Positions 26,899 to 36,808 of a stretch of DNA of 64,000 bases are shown here, piece by piece (position 1 is the stretch's first letter; every line of letters starts with the position of its first letter). A program made the translations under genes and the position numbers. Where the stretch lies: positions 96,001 through 160,000 of the forward strand of contig CAVYTA010000005.1 of the NCBI GenBank assembly GCA_963771355.1, written 5' to 3'. The stretch is from an uncultured Candidatus Rokubacteria bacterium. Lineage in GTDB: Bacteria; Methylomirabilota; Methylomirabilia; Rokubacteriales; CSP1-6. The notes beneath the pieces were generated by a model. It searched no databases. It was given only the letters and a program-made list of their open reading frames with translations, and was not told where the DNA came from.

Positions 26899-29457
26899 AT
26901 GAGCGCGCGTGCCCGGGCGCTCGACGCGTACCGGGCCAAGCGCGATCCCGCGCGGACGCCCGAGCCCTTCAGCGGGCGGCGCGCGGCGGGGAGCCGGCTT
27001 TTCGTCGTCCAGAAGCATGCCGCCCGGCGCCTCCACTACGACCTCCGCCTGGAGATGGACGGCGTCCTCAAGAGCTGGGCGGTGCCCAAGGGCCCATCGA
27101 TGCGTCACGGCGAGAGGCGCCTGGCCGTCCACGTCGAGGATCATCCCGTGGAGTACGCGGACTTCGAGGGCGTGATCCCGCGTGACAACTATGGCGCCGG
27201 CTCGGTGATCGTCTGGGACCGCGGCTGGTATCGTCTCGCCAAAGGCGAAGACCCCCTCCGCGAGCTCGCGCAGGGCAAGCTCGAATTCGAGCTCTACGGG
27301 ATGAAGCTCCGCGGGCGCTGGACGCTGGCGCGGATGGGCGGGCGCCGCGCGGAGGGAGTGGCACCGGCCAAGGACTGGCTCCTCCTCAAGGCGCCCGACG
27401 CCTACGCCGATAGCGAGGAGCCGGTCGAGCGCGCGCCCGAATCGGTCTTCTCCGGCCTCACCGTGGAGGAGATCGGCGGGGAGTCCGAGAAGCGCGCCGC
27501 GCTCGATACCGTCCTCGCGTCGCTCGAGGCGCCGGTCGGCGAGGTCGTCGCCCGGCGGCAGCCGCTCATGCTTGCGACGCTCGCGGAGCGGACGCCGGCG
27601 GGACCCGGCTGGCTCTTCGAGATCAAGTACGACGGGGTGCGCGTCCTCGCCGAGCGGGACGGCGACACGGTGGCGCTCTACGGCCGGAAGGGAGATGCGG
27701 TGACCGCGCGCTATCCGGAGGTGGTGCGCGCGCTCCGGGCTCTGCCGGTATCCCGCTTCGTGATCGACGGCGAGATCGTGGCCCTCGGCGAGGATGGCCG
27801 GCCGAGCTTCCAGCGTCTCCAGGCCCGGATGCACCTCACGCGTGCCGACGACATCGATGCCGCCCGCGCGGCGGTGCCGGCCACCGGGATCTTCTTCGAC
27901 TGCCTGGCCATCGAAGGTCGCGATCTCCGGCGCCGGCCGCTCCTCGAGCGCAAGGGATGCCTCGAGCTCCTGGTGCCCACCCGCGGCGTGGCCCGCTACT
28001 GCGAGCACGTCGCGGGGGGCGGGGCCGCGTTCTTCGAGGCGGTGGGAGAGCTCGGTCTCGAAGGCATCGTCGCCAAGCGGGCGGCGAGCGCCTACGCGGG
28101 CGGGCGCTCCCGCGACTGGGTCAAGGTGAAGTGCCAGCACCGGCAAGAGTTCGTCATCGGCGGTTACACCGCGCCCCAGGGCTCGCGCGGCTACTTCGGA
28201 GCGCTCCACCTCGGCCTCTACGAGGAGGATCGCCTCGTCTACGTATCCAAGGTGGGGACCGGATTCGACGAGCGCGCCCTCGCCGCGATCGCGAAGCGCC
28301 TTGCCCCGCTCGCCCGCGCCACGTCACCGTTCGCGGCGGGCTCGCCGACCGGCCGCGGGCATCACTGGGTGGAGCCGCGGCTCGTCTGCGAGGTACGCTT
28401 CACCGACTGGACGGCCGACGGGGGCATCCGCCATCCCGCCTTCCTCGGACTCCGGGATGACCGACGGCCCGAGGAGTGCCGGCGGGAGCGGCCATTCGAG
28501 CTTCCGTCCGCCCCCCCGGCGCCGGCGGCCCCCGAGGAAGGAGAAGCGCCGCCGCCGCCTCCGGTGGAACGCCAGGTGGTGAAGGTCACCAACCCCAAAA
28601 AGGTCTTCTGGCCGGCGGAAGGCTATACCAAGGCCGATCTCGTCGCGTACTACGAGACGGTGGCGCCGCACCTCCTGCCCTACCTTCGCGACCGCCCCTT
28701 GGTTCTCACACGCTATCCCGACGGGATCACCGGCAAGTCTTTCTTCCAGAAGGACGCCCCCGACTTCGCCCCCGCGTGGATTCGCACCGAGCGCATCTAC
28801 TCGCACGACACGGAGCGGGACATCGATTATTTCGTCGTGGACGACGTGGAGTCGCTCCGCTACGTGGCGAACCTCGGCACGATCCCTCTCCACTTCTGGG
28901 GGGCGCGAGTCCCGCACCTGGACCGGCCGGATTGGCTCGTCCTCGACCTCGACCCGAAGGGCGCGCCGTTCACCGACGTGGTGGCGGTCGCCCGCACGCT
29001 CCGGCGCATTCTCGAGCGGCTCGAGGTGCCGAGCCACGTCAAGACCTCGGGAGCCACCGGGCTGCACATCCTGGTGCCCCTCGGCGCCCGCTACACCCAC
29101 GACGAGGCGCGCACCTTCGCGCGACTCCTCGCCACGCTCGGCGTCGAGGCGGCCGGCGGCATCGCGACCATTGCCCGTCCCATCCGGGCCCGTGGCGGCA
29201 AGGTCTACATCGACTTCGGCCAGAATGGCCACGGCCGCACCATCGTGGCGCCGTACTCCGTGCGCCCGCTGCCGGGGGCGCCGGTGTCGTGTCCGCTTCG
29301 CTGGGACGAGGTAACCCCGAAGCTCGACCCCGCGCGCTTCACCATCGCCACCGCGCCGGCCCGGTTCGCGCGGATGCGCGACCCCCTCGCGGCGATCCTC
29401 ACTCACCCGGGCATCGATCTCGCCGAGACGCTGGCGCGCCTGGCCGAGCGGCGATAA
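26899..29457 (+). CDS. ligD: DNA ligase D (phosphoesterase-ligase-polymerase)
   Basis: FVVQKHAARRLHYDLRLE (PE), EIKYDGVR and EGIVAK (ligase), RYPDG, FFQK, DLDP and KTSG (polymerase). Confidence 0.96.
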   Translation: MSARARALDAYRAKRDPARTPEPFSGRRAAGSRLFVVQKHAARRLHYDLRLEMDGVLKSWAVPKGPSMRHGERRLAVHVEDHPVEYADFEGVIPRDNYGAGSVIVWDRGWYRLAKGEDPLRELAQGKLEFELYGMKLRGRWTLARMGGRRAEGVAPAKDWLLLKAPDAYADSEEPVERAPESVFSGLTVEEIGGESEKRAALDTVLASLEAPVGEVVARRQPLMLATLAERTPAGPGWLFEIKYDGVRVLAERDGDTVALYGRKGDAVTARYPEVVRALRALPVSRFVIDGEIVALGEDGRPSFQRLQARMHLTRADDIDAARAAVPATGIFFDCLAIEGRDLRRRPLLERKGCLELLVPTRGVARYCEHVAGGGAAFFEAVGELGLEGIVAKRAASAYAGGRSRDWVKVKCQHRQEFVIGGYTAPQGSRGYFGALHLGLYEEDRLVYVSKVGTGFDERALAAIAKRLAPLARATSPFAAGSPTGRGHHWVEPRLVCEVRFTDWTADGGIRHPAFLGLRDDRRPEECRRERPFELPSAPPAPAAPEEGEAPPPPPVERQVVKVTNPKKVFWPAEGYTKADLVAYYETVAPHLLPYLRDRPLVLTRYPDGITGKSFFQKDAPDFAPAWIRTERIYSHDTERDIDYFVVDDVESLRYVANLGTIPLHFWGARVPHLDRPDWLVLDLDPKGAPFTDVVAVARTLRRILERLEVPSHVKTSGATGLHILVPLGARYTHDEARTFARLLATLGVEAAGGIATIARPIRARGGKVYIDFGQNGHGRTIVAPYSVRPLPGAPVSCPLRWDEVTPKLDPARFTIATAPARFARMRDPLAAILTHPGIDLAETLARLAERR

Positions 29458-29618
29458 GGGCCCATCTGCGACGTCCCGGTAAGCCGGGACGCCGGGCGGC
29501 GAGAAGGGTCCAGATGCGAGGCGGCGCCCGACGGCCGCACGCGAAGGCGTACTTTCTGTACGTTGAGCGTGCGGCCGAGGGCGCCAACGACGCAGATGGG
29601 CCCTTCTCGCCGCCCGGC
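29456..29618. repeat. Long palindromic intergenic element (REPIN/MITE-like) with an extra partial arm
   Basis: 29491..29618 has perfect 18-bp terminal inverted arms (GCCGGGCGGCGAGAAGGG / CCCTTCTCGCCGCCCGGC) and imperfect pairing up to a GTAC-TTTCT-GTAC apex. AAGGGCCCATCTGCG at 29456 is another inverted copy of the right arm. Confidence 0.85.
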
Positions 29619-30346
29619 TAGGCCAGCAGCTCGGTGAGCTTCCGGGCCAGGGGCGGGCCGGTGGCGCCGTCCTCGTGCTTGAAATAGACGAAGGCGCCCC
29701 CGGCGCCGAAGAGCTCGCGGATCGTCCCCGCCCAGTGCGCGAGCGCCTCCGGCGAGTATTCGACGGCGCGGAGGCGAAAATAACCCCAGTCGGCGGTGGC
29801 CACCGCCGGGGTAGCGCCGTCGTCGTGGTCGACGATGCACAGCGCGACGTTCCGCCCGCGCAGCAGCCCGTAGACCTCCTCGTCGAACCAGCTCGGGTGG
29901 CGAAATTCGAAGGCCACGCGCAGATCGAGCGGGAGCAGCGCGAGCACACCGCCGAGGCGCTCCGTGTCCTTCTTGAAGTTCGGCGGGAGCTGGAAGAGGA
30001 GGGGGCCGAGCTTCCCGGCGAGGAGGCGCGCCGTGTCGCAGAAGTAGCGGACGGGCTCCTCCACCTCCCGGAGCCGCTGGAAGTGGGTGATCCGCTGGGA
30101 CGCCTTCAGCGCGAAGGTGAAGCGATCCGGGGTGGCCGCCGTCCAGCCGGCGACGGTCTTGGCGTTCGGCAGGCGGTAGAAAGTGTAGTTGATCTCGACG
30201 GTGGGGAAGCGCTCGGCGTAGTAGGGGAGCATTTTGGCCGTCGAGAGGCCCTCCGGATAGAAGGCTCCTTTCCACTCCGGGTAGTTGTACCCGGAGGTCC
30301 CGACGAGGATGCGCGCAGTCGCGGGGTCGTCTTGCGCCGGCACCAT
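29618..30346 (-). CDS. DUF72 (YecE-like) protein
   Basis: VGTSGYNYPEWKGAFYP, TVEINYTFY, LFQLPPNF, AFEFRHPSW, YFKHE. Confidence 0.93.
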   Translation of the reverse strand: MVPAQDDPATARILVGTSGYNYPEWKGAFYPEGLSTAKMLPYYAERFPTVEINYTFYRLPNAKTVAGWTAATPDRFTFALKASQRITHFQRLREVEEPVRYFCDTARLLAGKLGPLLFQLPPNFKKDTERLGGVLALLPLDLRVAFEFRHPSWFDEEVYGLLRGRNVALCIVDHDDGATPAVATADWGYFRLRAVEYSPEALAHWAGTIRELFGAGGAFVYFKHEDGATGPPLARKLTELLA

Positions 30347-30355
30347 GCCGTCAGA

Positions 30356-30784
30356 CTAGGACGCGCCCTCGCCTCGGTCAAGGCGAAGCGGCTCAAGCTG
30401 GCGCTCAGGGTCCGACATCGCCTTGAACAGCGCCGCCCACTTGAGCAAGGCGTCGAGCGCCGGGCACAGGGCCTGGCCCCAGTCCGTCAGGCAGTACTCG
30501 ACCTTGGGTGGAACCTGGTGGTGGACGATACGTCGGACGATTCCGTCGGCTTCCATCCGGCGAAGCTGCTGGATCAGCATCTTCTGGGAAATGGCCGGAA
30601 TCGCCCGTTCCAGGCTCGAGAAGCGCAGCACCTTGCCACCGAAGAGATGAAACAGGATCATCAGCTTCCAGCGCCCCTCGAGAATCTTCAGGGCTTCCTC
30701 AACGCCTCGAGCGGCCGAAGTCGGTGTCAGCTCACCGCCCTTACCTTCAGGTCGGTACCTTACTTTCTTGTGCGTTCTTGCCAT
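30356..30784 (-). CDS. HxlR family winged-helix regulator
   Basis: GRWKLMIL, ISQKMLIQQLR, VPPKVEYCLT. Confidence 0.92.
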   Translation of the reverse strand: MARTHKKVRYRPEGKGGELTPTSAARGVEEALKILEGRWKLMILFHLFGGKVLRFSSLERAIPAISQKMLIQQLRRMEADGIVRRIVHHQVPPKVEYCLTDWGQALCPALDALLKWAALFKAMSDPERQLEPLRLDRGEGAS

Positions 30785-30851
30785 TGGGTCAGCATATTTC
30801 TATCCTCTGACCGATGCAATGCAACGAGGAGCGTGACGAGGAGGACCGGAG

Positions 30852-31694
30852 ATGACCATCGGACGACCCGAATCCGTGTCCCGAACCTTCATGACCCAGG
30901 TGACGCCCTTTTCATTCGATCCGACCGAATTCGCCGGCAAGCGTGCCCTTGTCACTGGCGGGACCAAGGGCATGGGTGAGGCCATCGTGCGGCGCCTCGC
31001 TGCCGGCGGCGCGAGGGTGGCGACCACCGCACGCTCACCGTTACCAGAAAGCCAGGTTGTGGAATTGTTCGTCCAAGCCGACATCAGCACTGGCGAGGGC
31101 GTGGACAAGGTGGTCCGAGGAGTACTGGACCGTCTCGGCGGGGTGGATATCCTCGTCAGCAACGTCGGCGGCTCCTCCGCCCCGAGCGGCGGCGTGCTGG
31201 CTCTCGGCGACCAGGATTGGCAGGACACCATCAACGCCAACCTGCTCGGGGCGGTCCGCCTCGACCGCGGGCTGCTGCCCGGTATGCTGGAGCAGGGATC
31301 CGGCGTCATCATCCATATCTCGTCGATCCAGCGGCGCCTGCCGCTGTTCGAGGCGACGCTCGCCTATGCGGCGGCCAAGGCCGCGCTGACGACCTACAGC
31401 AAGGGGTTGTCGAAGGAAGTCGGGCCCAGGGGCGTCCGCGTGAATACGGTCGCGCCCGGCTTCATCGAAACGACGGCCGCACATGGCCTCATCGTTCGGC
31501 TCGCAGAACAGGCCGGGACTGACGAGGATGCTGCCCGCCGGGGCCTGATCGCCACTCTTGGAGGGATTCCGATTGGCAGGCCCGGCCGGCCCGAAGAGGT
31601 CGCTGAATTGGTGGCCTTCCTCGTTTCCAACCGGGCCGCCTCGATTCACGGGAGCGAATACGCAATCGATGGCGGCACCGTACCGGTCGTCTGA
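30852..31694 (+). CDS. SDR family oxidoreductase
   Basis: TGGTKGMG, YAAAK, VNTVAPG. Divergent from the HxlR gene. Alternative start 30891. Confidence 0.92.
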   Translation: MTIGRPESVSRTFMTQVTPFSFDPTEFAGKRALVTGGTKGMGEAIVRRLAAGGARVATTARSPLPESQVVELFVQADISTGEGVDKVVRGVLDRLGGVDILVSNVGGSSAPSGGVLALGDQDWQDTINANLLGAVRLDRGLLPGMLEQGSGVIIHISSIQRRLPLFEATLAYAAAKAALTTYSKGLSKEVGPRGVRVNTVAPGFIETTAAHGLIVRLAEQAGTDEDAARRGLIATLGGIPIGRPGRPEEVAELVAFLVSNRAASIHGSEYAIDGGTVPVV

Positions 31695-31714
31695 CCCGTC
31701 GGCCTCCCTACCGG

Positions 31715-32422
31715 CTATTTCTCGCCGAGGTAGGTCTTCCGGACGAGGTCCGAGCGCAACAGCTCGGCGGCCGCGTCCTGGAGCACGATGCGTCCGGTCT
31801 GGATGACGTATCCCCGGTGCGCGACGCGGAGGGCCATGCGGGCGTTCTGCTCGACGAGCAGGATGGTGGTGCCCTGGCGATTGATGTCCTCGACGATCTT
31901 GAAGATGGCGTCGACGAGGATGGGGGAGAGGCCCATCGACGGCTCGTCGAGCAGGAGCAGGCTCGGCCGCGCCATCAGCGCGCGCCCGATGGCCAGCATC
32001 TGCTGCTCGCCCCCGGACAGCGTGCCGCCCTTCTGGGCGGTGCGCTCGCGCAGCCGCGGAAACAGCGTGAACACACGCTCGAGGTCGGGCGCGATCGCGT
32101 CGCGGTCGGCGCGGGCAAAGGCGCCCATCTCCAGGTTCTCGAGCACGGTCATGCGGGGGAAGATCCGGCGACCCTCCGGTGACTGGGCGATCCCCAGGCG
32201 CACGATGCGGTCGGTGGCGAGCCCGTCCAGGCGCTGACCGTTGAAGGTGACGGTGCCCCGGCGCGGCCGCACCGCGCCGAGGATGGTGCGGAGGGTCGTC
32301 GTCTTGCCGGCGCCGTTGGCGCCGATGAGGGTGACGATCTCCCTCGGCTCGACGACGAGCGAGATCCCGCGCAGGGCCCGGATATTGCCGTAGTAGGTAT
32401 GCACGTCGTCGAGGGCGAGCAT
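31715..32422 (-). CDS. livF: Branched-chain amino-acid ABC ATP-binding protein
   Basis: GANGAGKTT, LSGGEQQMLAIGRA, LDEPSMGL, LVEQNA. Confidence 0.93.
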   Translation of the reverse strand: MLALDDVHTYYGNIRALRGISLVVEPREIVTLIGANGAGKTTTLRTILGAVRPRRGTVTFNGQRLDGLATDRIVRLGIAQSPEGRRIFPRMTVLENLEMGAFARADRDAIAPDLERVFTLFPRLRERTAQKGGTLSGGEQQMLAIGRALMARPSLLLLDEPSMGLSPILVDAIFKIVEDINRQGTTILLVEQNARMALRVAHRGYVIQTGRIVLQDAAAELLRSDLVRKTYLGEK

Positions 32423-32427
32423 GCCCG

Positions 32428-34401
32428 TTACCGGGCGCCGCCCGGCGCGGCGGGATCGGCCTCGTAGCCCGTGCCCAGGTAGGCCTCGATGACGCGCGGG
32501 TGGCGCTGGATCTCCGCGGGCGTCCCCTCGGCGATGCGCGTGCCGTAGTCCAGCACGGTGATGCGGTCGGAGATCGTCATGACCACCTGCATGTCGTGCT
32601 CGATGAGGAGGACCGACAGCGCCAGCTCGCGCCGCACGAGCGCGATCAGCTCGGTCAGGGTCTCCGTCTCGCGCGGATTCATCCCCGCGGACGGCTCGTC
32701 GAGCAGGAGCAGGCGCGGCTCGGTGGCGAGCGCGCGGGCGATCTCCAGCCGCCGCTGGTCGCCGTAGGACAGGTTGCGCGCGAGGTCGTCCTCCTTGCCG
32801 GCAAGCCCGGCGAAGGCCAGGACCTCCCGCGCCCGCGTGCGGGCGCGCGCCTCCTCCGCGACCACCGAGGGCGGCCGGATCACCGCGCCGGGGACGGTGG
32901 CGCGGAGCCGGCAGTGCTCGCCCACCAGCGCGTTTTCCAGCACGGTCATGTTGGCGAAGAGCCGGATCGACTGGAAGGTGCGGGCGATCCCGCGGGCGAC
33001 GATGGCGTTCGGCCGCAGCCCGGCCAGCGGCTGCCCCTCGAAGGCGATGCGGCCGCCGTCGGGGCGGACGAGGCCGGTCACCACGTTGAAGAAGGTCGTC
33101 TTGCCGGCGCCGTTGGGACCGATCAAGCCGATGATCCCGCCTCGCGGGACGACGAGGTCGATCTCGTTGAGCGCGACTACCCCCCCGAAGCGCTTGGTGA
33201 GCCCGCGCACCTCGAGAATCGGCGCTCCCCTCGCCGCGCGTTCGTGACCGGCGCGCTCCTGCAGCCAGACCGGGATGGCCTCGATGCGCGGAGTCGGAGG
33301 CGGCGCGAGGTCGAGCGTGTCGTCGGCCTCTGCCACGAGGGGCCGGACCCGGCGCCCGGCGAGACCCTCGGGGCGGAGCAGCATCACGAGGACCAGGCCG
33401 AGGCCGAAGAAGAACCAGCGCCAGAGGGTGAGGTCGGCGGCGGCGAGCAGCGGCACGCCGAGGCCCCGGCCCACCCAGCGGGTGAAGAAGGTGGCCTCGG
33501 CGAGGACGACGCGATCGAAGAGGGTGATGAGCATCGCGCCCAGGATGACGCCCTTGAGGCTGCCGGCGCCGCCGAGGACGACCATGCACAGCAGCATGAT
33601 CGAGACCTGGAACTCGAACGCGCCCGGCGTGATGGCCTGGAGCTTGGCTGCGTAGATCGAGCCCGCGAAGCCGGAGAAGGAGGCGCCCAGCGCGAAGGCC
33701 AGCAGCTTGGTCGAGATCGGGTTCACGCCGGTGCAGTCGGCGGCGGTCTCATCCTCCCGGATGGCCATCCACGCGCGGCCCAGCCGCGAGTCCTGGAGCC
33801 GGCTCATCGCCCAGAGCGAGAGCGCGCCGACGATGAGGATCAGGAAGTACCACGGGATCGGATCGGTCTCGAACGGCACCCCGGGCAGGTAGGGGCGGCC
33901 CACGGGGTTAACCCCGTTCTCGCCGCCGGTGAGGTTGAGCCGCTCCACCGGCCGCCAGCCGGCGATGTCGACGGTGACGTCGCCGAGGTTGCGGATGGCG
34001 ACGGGGATGATCTCGCCGAACCCCAGGGTGATGATGGCCAGGTAATCGCCACGGACACGCAGGGTCGGCGCGCCGATGACCGCGCCGAGCAGCGCCGACA
34101 CCGCGGCGGCGATCCAGATGCAGAGCCAGAAGCTCCACGCGTGCCCGTAGAGCGGCGAGCCGAGGACGGGAGAGTTCAGGAGCCCCATGGCGTAGGCGCC
34201 GATGGCGAAGAACGCCGCGTAACCCAGGTCGAGGAGGCCCGCGTAGCCCACCACGATGTTGAGCCCCAGCGCGAGGAGCACGTAGATCATCCCGTCGGAC
34301 ACCGCGTGCACGGTCTGGAACCCCAGCATGCGATCGAGGAAGGGATAGCCGAGCAGCGCCACCACCAGCGCGGCCTGCCCGAGTCCGCGCCGCGCGACCA
34401 T
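32428..34401 (-). CDS. Fused LivM permease / LivG ATP-binding protein
   Basis: N-terminal GLNIVVGYAGLLDLG and GDYLAIITLGFGE. C-terminal GPNGAGKTT, LSYGDQRRLEIAR, DEPSAGM, all in one frame. Confidence 0.92.
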   Translation of the reverse strand: MVARRGLGQAALVVALLGYPFLDRMLGFQTVHAVSDGMIYVLLALGLNIVVGYAGLLDLGYAAFFAIGAYAMGLLNSPVLGSPLYGHAWSFWLCIWIAAAVSALLGAVIGAPTLRVRGDYLAIITLGFGEIIPVAIRNLGDVTVDIAGWRPVERLNLTGGENGVNPVGRPYLPGVPFETDPIPWYFLILIVGALSLWAMSRLQDSRLGRAWMAIREDETAADCTGVNPISTKLLAFALGASFSGFAGSIYAAKLQAITPGAFEFQVSIMLLCMVVLGGAGSLKGVILGAMLITLFDRVVLAEATFFTRWVGRGLGVPLLAAADLTLWRWFFFGLGLVLVMLLRPEGLAGRRVRPLVAEADDTLDLAPPPTPRIEAIPVWLQERAGHERAARGAPILEVRGLTKRFGGVVALNEIDLVVPRGGIIGLIGPNGAGKTTFFNVVTGLVRPDGGRIAFEGQPLAGLRPNAIVARGIARTFQSIRLFANMTVLENALVGEHCRLRATVPGAVIRPPSVVAEEARARTRAREVLAFAGLAGKEDDLARNLSYGDQRRLEIARALATEPRLLLLDEPSAGMNPRETETLTELIALVRRELALSVLLIEHDMQVVMTISDRITVLDYGTRIAEGTPAEIQRHPRVIEAYLGTGYEADPAAPGGAR

Positions 34402-34407
34402 GCGCGC

Positions 34408-35346
34408 CTAGACCTTCTCGGGGGTACGGTCGCCCAGGAGACCCTGGGGACGGAACACGAGCACCAAGATGAGGATGGAAAACACGATGGCGTTCGTCCA
34501 GCGTGCCGAGATGTACTGATCGCTCCACGCGGAGAGGAAGCCGATGAGGAGGCCCCCCAGCGCCGCCCCCGGCATGTTGCCGATGCCGCCCAGCACGGCG
34601 GCGGTGAAGGCGCGCAGCCCGGCCTGGTAGCCCATCCACCACATGCCGATGTTGTAGTACATGCCCTGGATCAGCCCGGCGGCGCCCGCGAGCGCGCCCC
34701 CCACGAAGAAGGTCAGGAGGATGGTGCGCTCGACGTCGATGCCCATCGCCTGCGCGGTCTCGCGGTCCTGGGCGGTGGCCCGCATGGCCTTGCCCCAGCG
34801 GGTGCGGGTCACGAAGTAGTTCAGCGCGAGCATCAGCGGGAGCGTCGCCCCCACCACGAGGACGTCCTTGGTGGTGATGAAGATCGCGGAGTCGACGCCG
34901 AACCACTCGCGCAGGATGTCCACCGACGGAAACACGTCGGGGTAGGCGATGGGCGCGGGCCCCTTCCACAGGAGGGCCAGGTTCTCGAGCATGAACGACA
35001 CGCCGATGGCGGTGATGAGGGGCGCCAGTCGCGACGACCGGCGCAGCGGCCGGTAGGCGAACCGGTCGATGGAGACGTTGAGGAGCGCGGTGCTCAGCAT
35101 GGTGAGGAGGAAGACGAGCGGGAGGAGGGTGACGAGCTGCCAGGGGCCGAGGGTGGTGGAGACGCCGAGGAGCGTGAACCAGGCCAGCGAGATGAAGAGG
35201 CCGAGCATGAAGACGTCGCCGTGGGCGAAGTTGATCAGCTCCACGATGCCGTACACCATGGTGTAGCCCAGCGCGATCAGGGCGAAGACGGCGCCCCGGG
35301 TGAGGCCGTTGATGGTCTGCTGGACCAGAACTTCCCACCACTCCAA
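34408..35346 (-). CDS. livH: Branched-chain amino-acid ABC permease
   Basis: ALIALGYTMVYGIVELINFAHG, AAVLGGIG, FRPQGLLG. Confidence 0.93.
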   Translation of the reverse strand: MEWWEVLVQQTINGLTRGAVFALIALGYTMVYGIVELINFAHGDVFMLGLFISLAWFTLLGVSTTLGPWQLVTLLPLVFLLTMLSTALLNVSIDRFAYRPLRRSSRLAPLITAIGVSFMLENLALLWKGPAPIAYPDVFPSVDILREWFGVDSAIFITTKDVLVVGATLPLMLALNYFVTRTRWGKAMRATAQDRETAQAMGIDVERTILLTFFVGGALAGAAGLIQGMYYNIGMWWMGYQAGLRAFTAAVLGGIGNMPGAALGGLLIGFLSAWSDQYISARWTNAIVFSILILVLVFRPQGLLGDRTPEKV

Positions 35347-35366
35347 GGGTCGGGACCCGGCGAGGT

Positions 35367-35396
35367 GGGGGAGGGCCGGCCGCCCGGCCCTCCCCC
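35367..35396 (-). terminator. 13-bp GC stem-loop between the SBP gene and livH (mRNA stabiliser or attenuator)
   Basis: GGGGGAGGGCCGG-CCGC-CCGGCCCTCCCCC. There is no U-tract. Confidence 0.6.
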
Positions 35397-35406
35397 GGGT
35401 AGGGGG

Positions 35407-36672
35407 TTACTCGAGGATGGACTCGAACTGGAACTTGCAGCCGAGGGGCCCGTCCGCCTTCACCGCCTTGAAGCCGGACATGGTGTCGTAGTCGACGTCG
35501 CCGTTCTCGTCGAAGCTCCACTTGCCGTTGATGCCTTCGTAGTTCTTGGTGGACGCGATGGCCTTGCGCAGGGCCTCGCGCTTCTCCGTGGGGTCCTTGG
35601 CCTTCTCGATGGCGGGGGCGGCCCGCTTGATGGCGTCGATGATGACGCGGGTGCCCTCGGCGGCGTAGAGCGCGTAGGACGTGGGCTCCTTGCCGTACTT
35701 GGCCTTGTAGGTCTCATAGGTCTTGGCGCCCACGCCCCGCATCTTCTCGAAGGGCAGGCCGGCGAAGGTGATCCGCATCTCGGTGGCGAGGGCGGCGTCG
35801 CAGGTAGCGCCCTTCAGCAGCTCTTCCTCGAGGAGACCGTCCGGCCCCATGAAGCGGGTGCGCGGCGCGGTGAGCCCGACCTCCTTCATCTGCCGGATCA
35901 CCACCTGGGCGCCCGTCTCGATGACACCGCCCATGTAGACGAGGTCGGCGCCGGACGCGCGGATCTTGGTGAGGATGGGCTTCTGGTCCGGCTGCTTCCA
36001 GTCGATGCCCTCGTTGGCGACCACGGCCAGCCCGATCTTCTTGGCGGTGGCCTCGAAGACGTCGGCGATGCCCTTGCCGTAGAGCTCCTGGTCGTTGAGG
36101 ATGAACACCTTCTTGGTGCCGAGGCGCTTGGCCCACTTGGCGGCCACCGCGCCCTGGATGTCGTCGGCGGGGACGGGCCGGAAGTAGTTCACGAAGCCGC
36201 CGGGCCGGTAGATCTCCGGCTCCCCGGGGGCGGCGCCGCGCTTCTTGGTGAGGCCGGGGTAGGTGTTGGCCGGAGTCACCTGGGCCATGTGGGCGCGGTT
36301 GGTGATGGGGATGGAGACCTTCGCCGCGCCGGAGTTGTACGTGCCGATGTAAACGATGGCCAGCGGATCGCCGACTGCCTTGTTGGCGTTCTCCGCCTCC
36401 ACCGCGCCGTCCCACTTGCCGGTCTGCGGCGAGGCGTCGTCGAGGTTGATGACTTCCAGGCAGAACCCGGCGGCTGTTCCGCCCGCTTCCGCGACGGCGA
36501 GGTCCACGCCGTTCTTCATCCCGGTGCCTTCAGGGAGCATCGCTCCCTGCATGGGCCACGAGGTGTAGAAGCGCAGCTTGCCCTTTGGGCATTGCTGAGC
36601 CTCGGTCGGGGTGGAGAAGGCGGCGATGCCCAGGAGCGCGACGGTGAGGGCGAGGACGCGTGTGACTCTCAT
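35407..36672 (-). CDS. Branched-chain amino-acid ABC substrate-binding protein (LivJ/K-like)
   Basis: Signal peptide, IGTYNSG, YGKGIA, GKWSFDENGD. First gene of the liv operon. Confidence 0.9.
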   Translation of the reverse strand: MRVTRVLALTVALLGIAAFSTPTEAQQCPKGKLRFYTSWPMQGAMLPEGTGMKNGVDLAVAEAGGTAAGFCLEVINLDDASPQTGKWDGAVEAENANKAVGDPLAIVYIGTYNSGAAKVSIPITNRAHMAQVTPANTYPGLTKKRGAAPGEPEIYRPGGFVNYFRPVPADDIQGAVAAKWAKRLGTKKVFILNDQELYGKGIADVFEATAKKIGLAVVANEGIDWKQPDQKPILTKIRASGADLVYMGGVIETGAQVVIRQMKEVGLTAPRTRFMGPDGLLEEELLKGATCDAALATEMRITFAGLPFEKMRGVGAKTYETYKAKYGKEPTSYALYAAEGTRVIIDAIKRAAPAIEKAKDPTEKREALRKAIASTKNYEGINGKWSFDENGDVDYDTMSGFKAVKADGPLGCKFQFESILE

Positions 36673-36808
36673 GACTGGCCTCCCTGATCGGCGGTAAGAT
36701 CGGGACCCGGGTCGAGTTCCGCCGTATGAGACTATGGCTCCCGCTCGATTGTCAACGGCCCATCAGCCGCTCACCCGGCGAGCACTCGGTGAGGGAGGGG
36801 AGAACATC

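Noticed and set aside
32500..36687. 1395-aa plus-strand ORF
   Set aside because: It is antisense to the liv operon and has no motifs. Long stop-free shadow frames are expected at this GC content.
36673..36808. Guanidine riboswitch upstream of the DUF1989 genes
   Set aside because: No twin ACGR-loop hairpins or other ykkC features are recognisable, only a weak CTCACC/GGTGAG stem.
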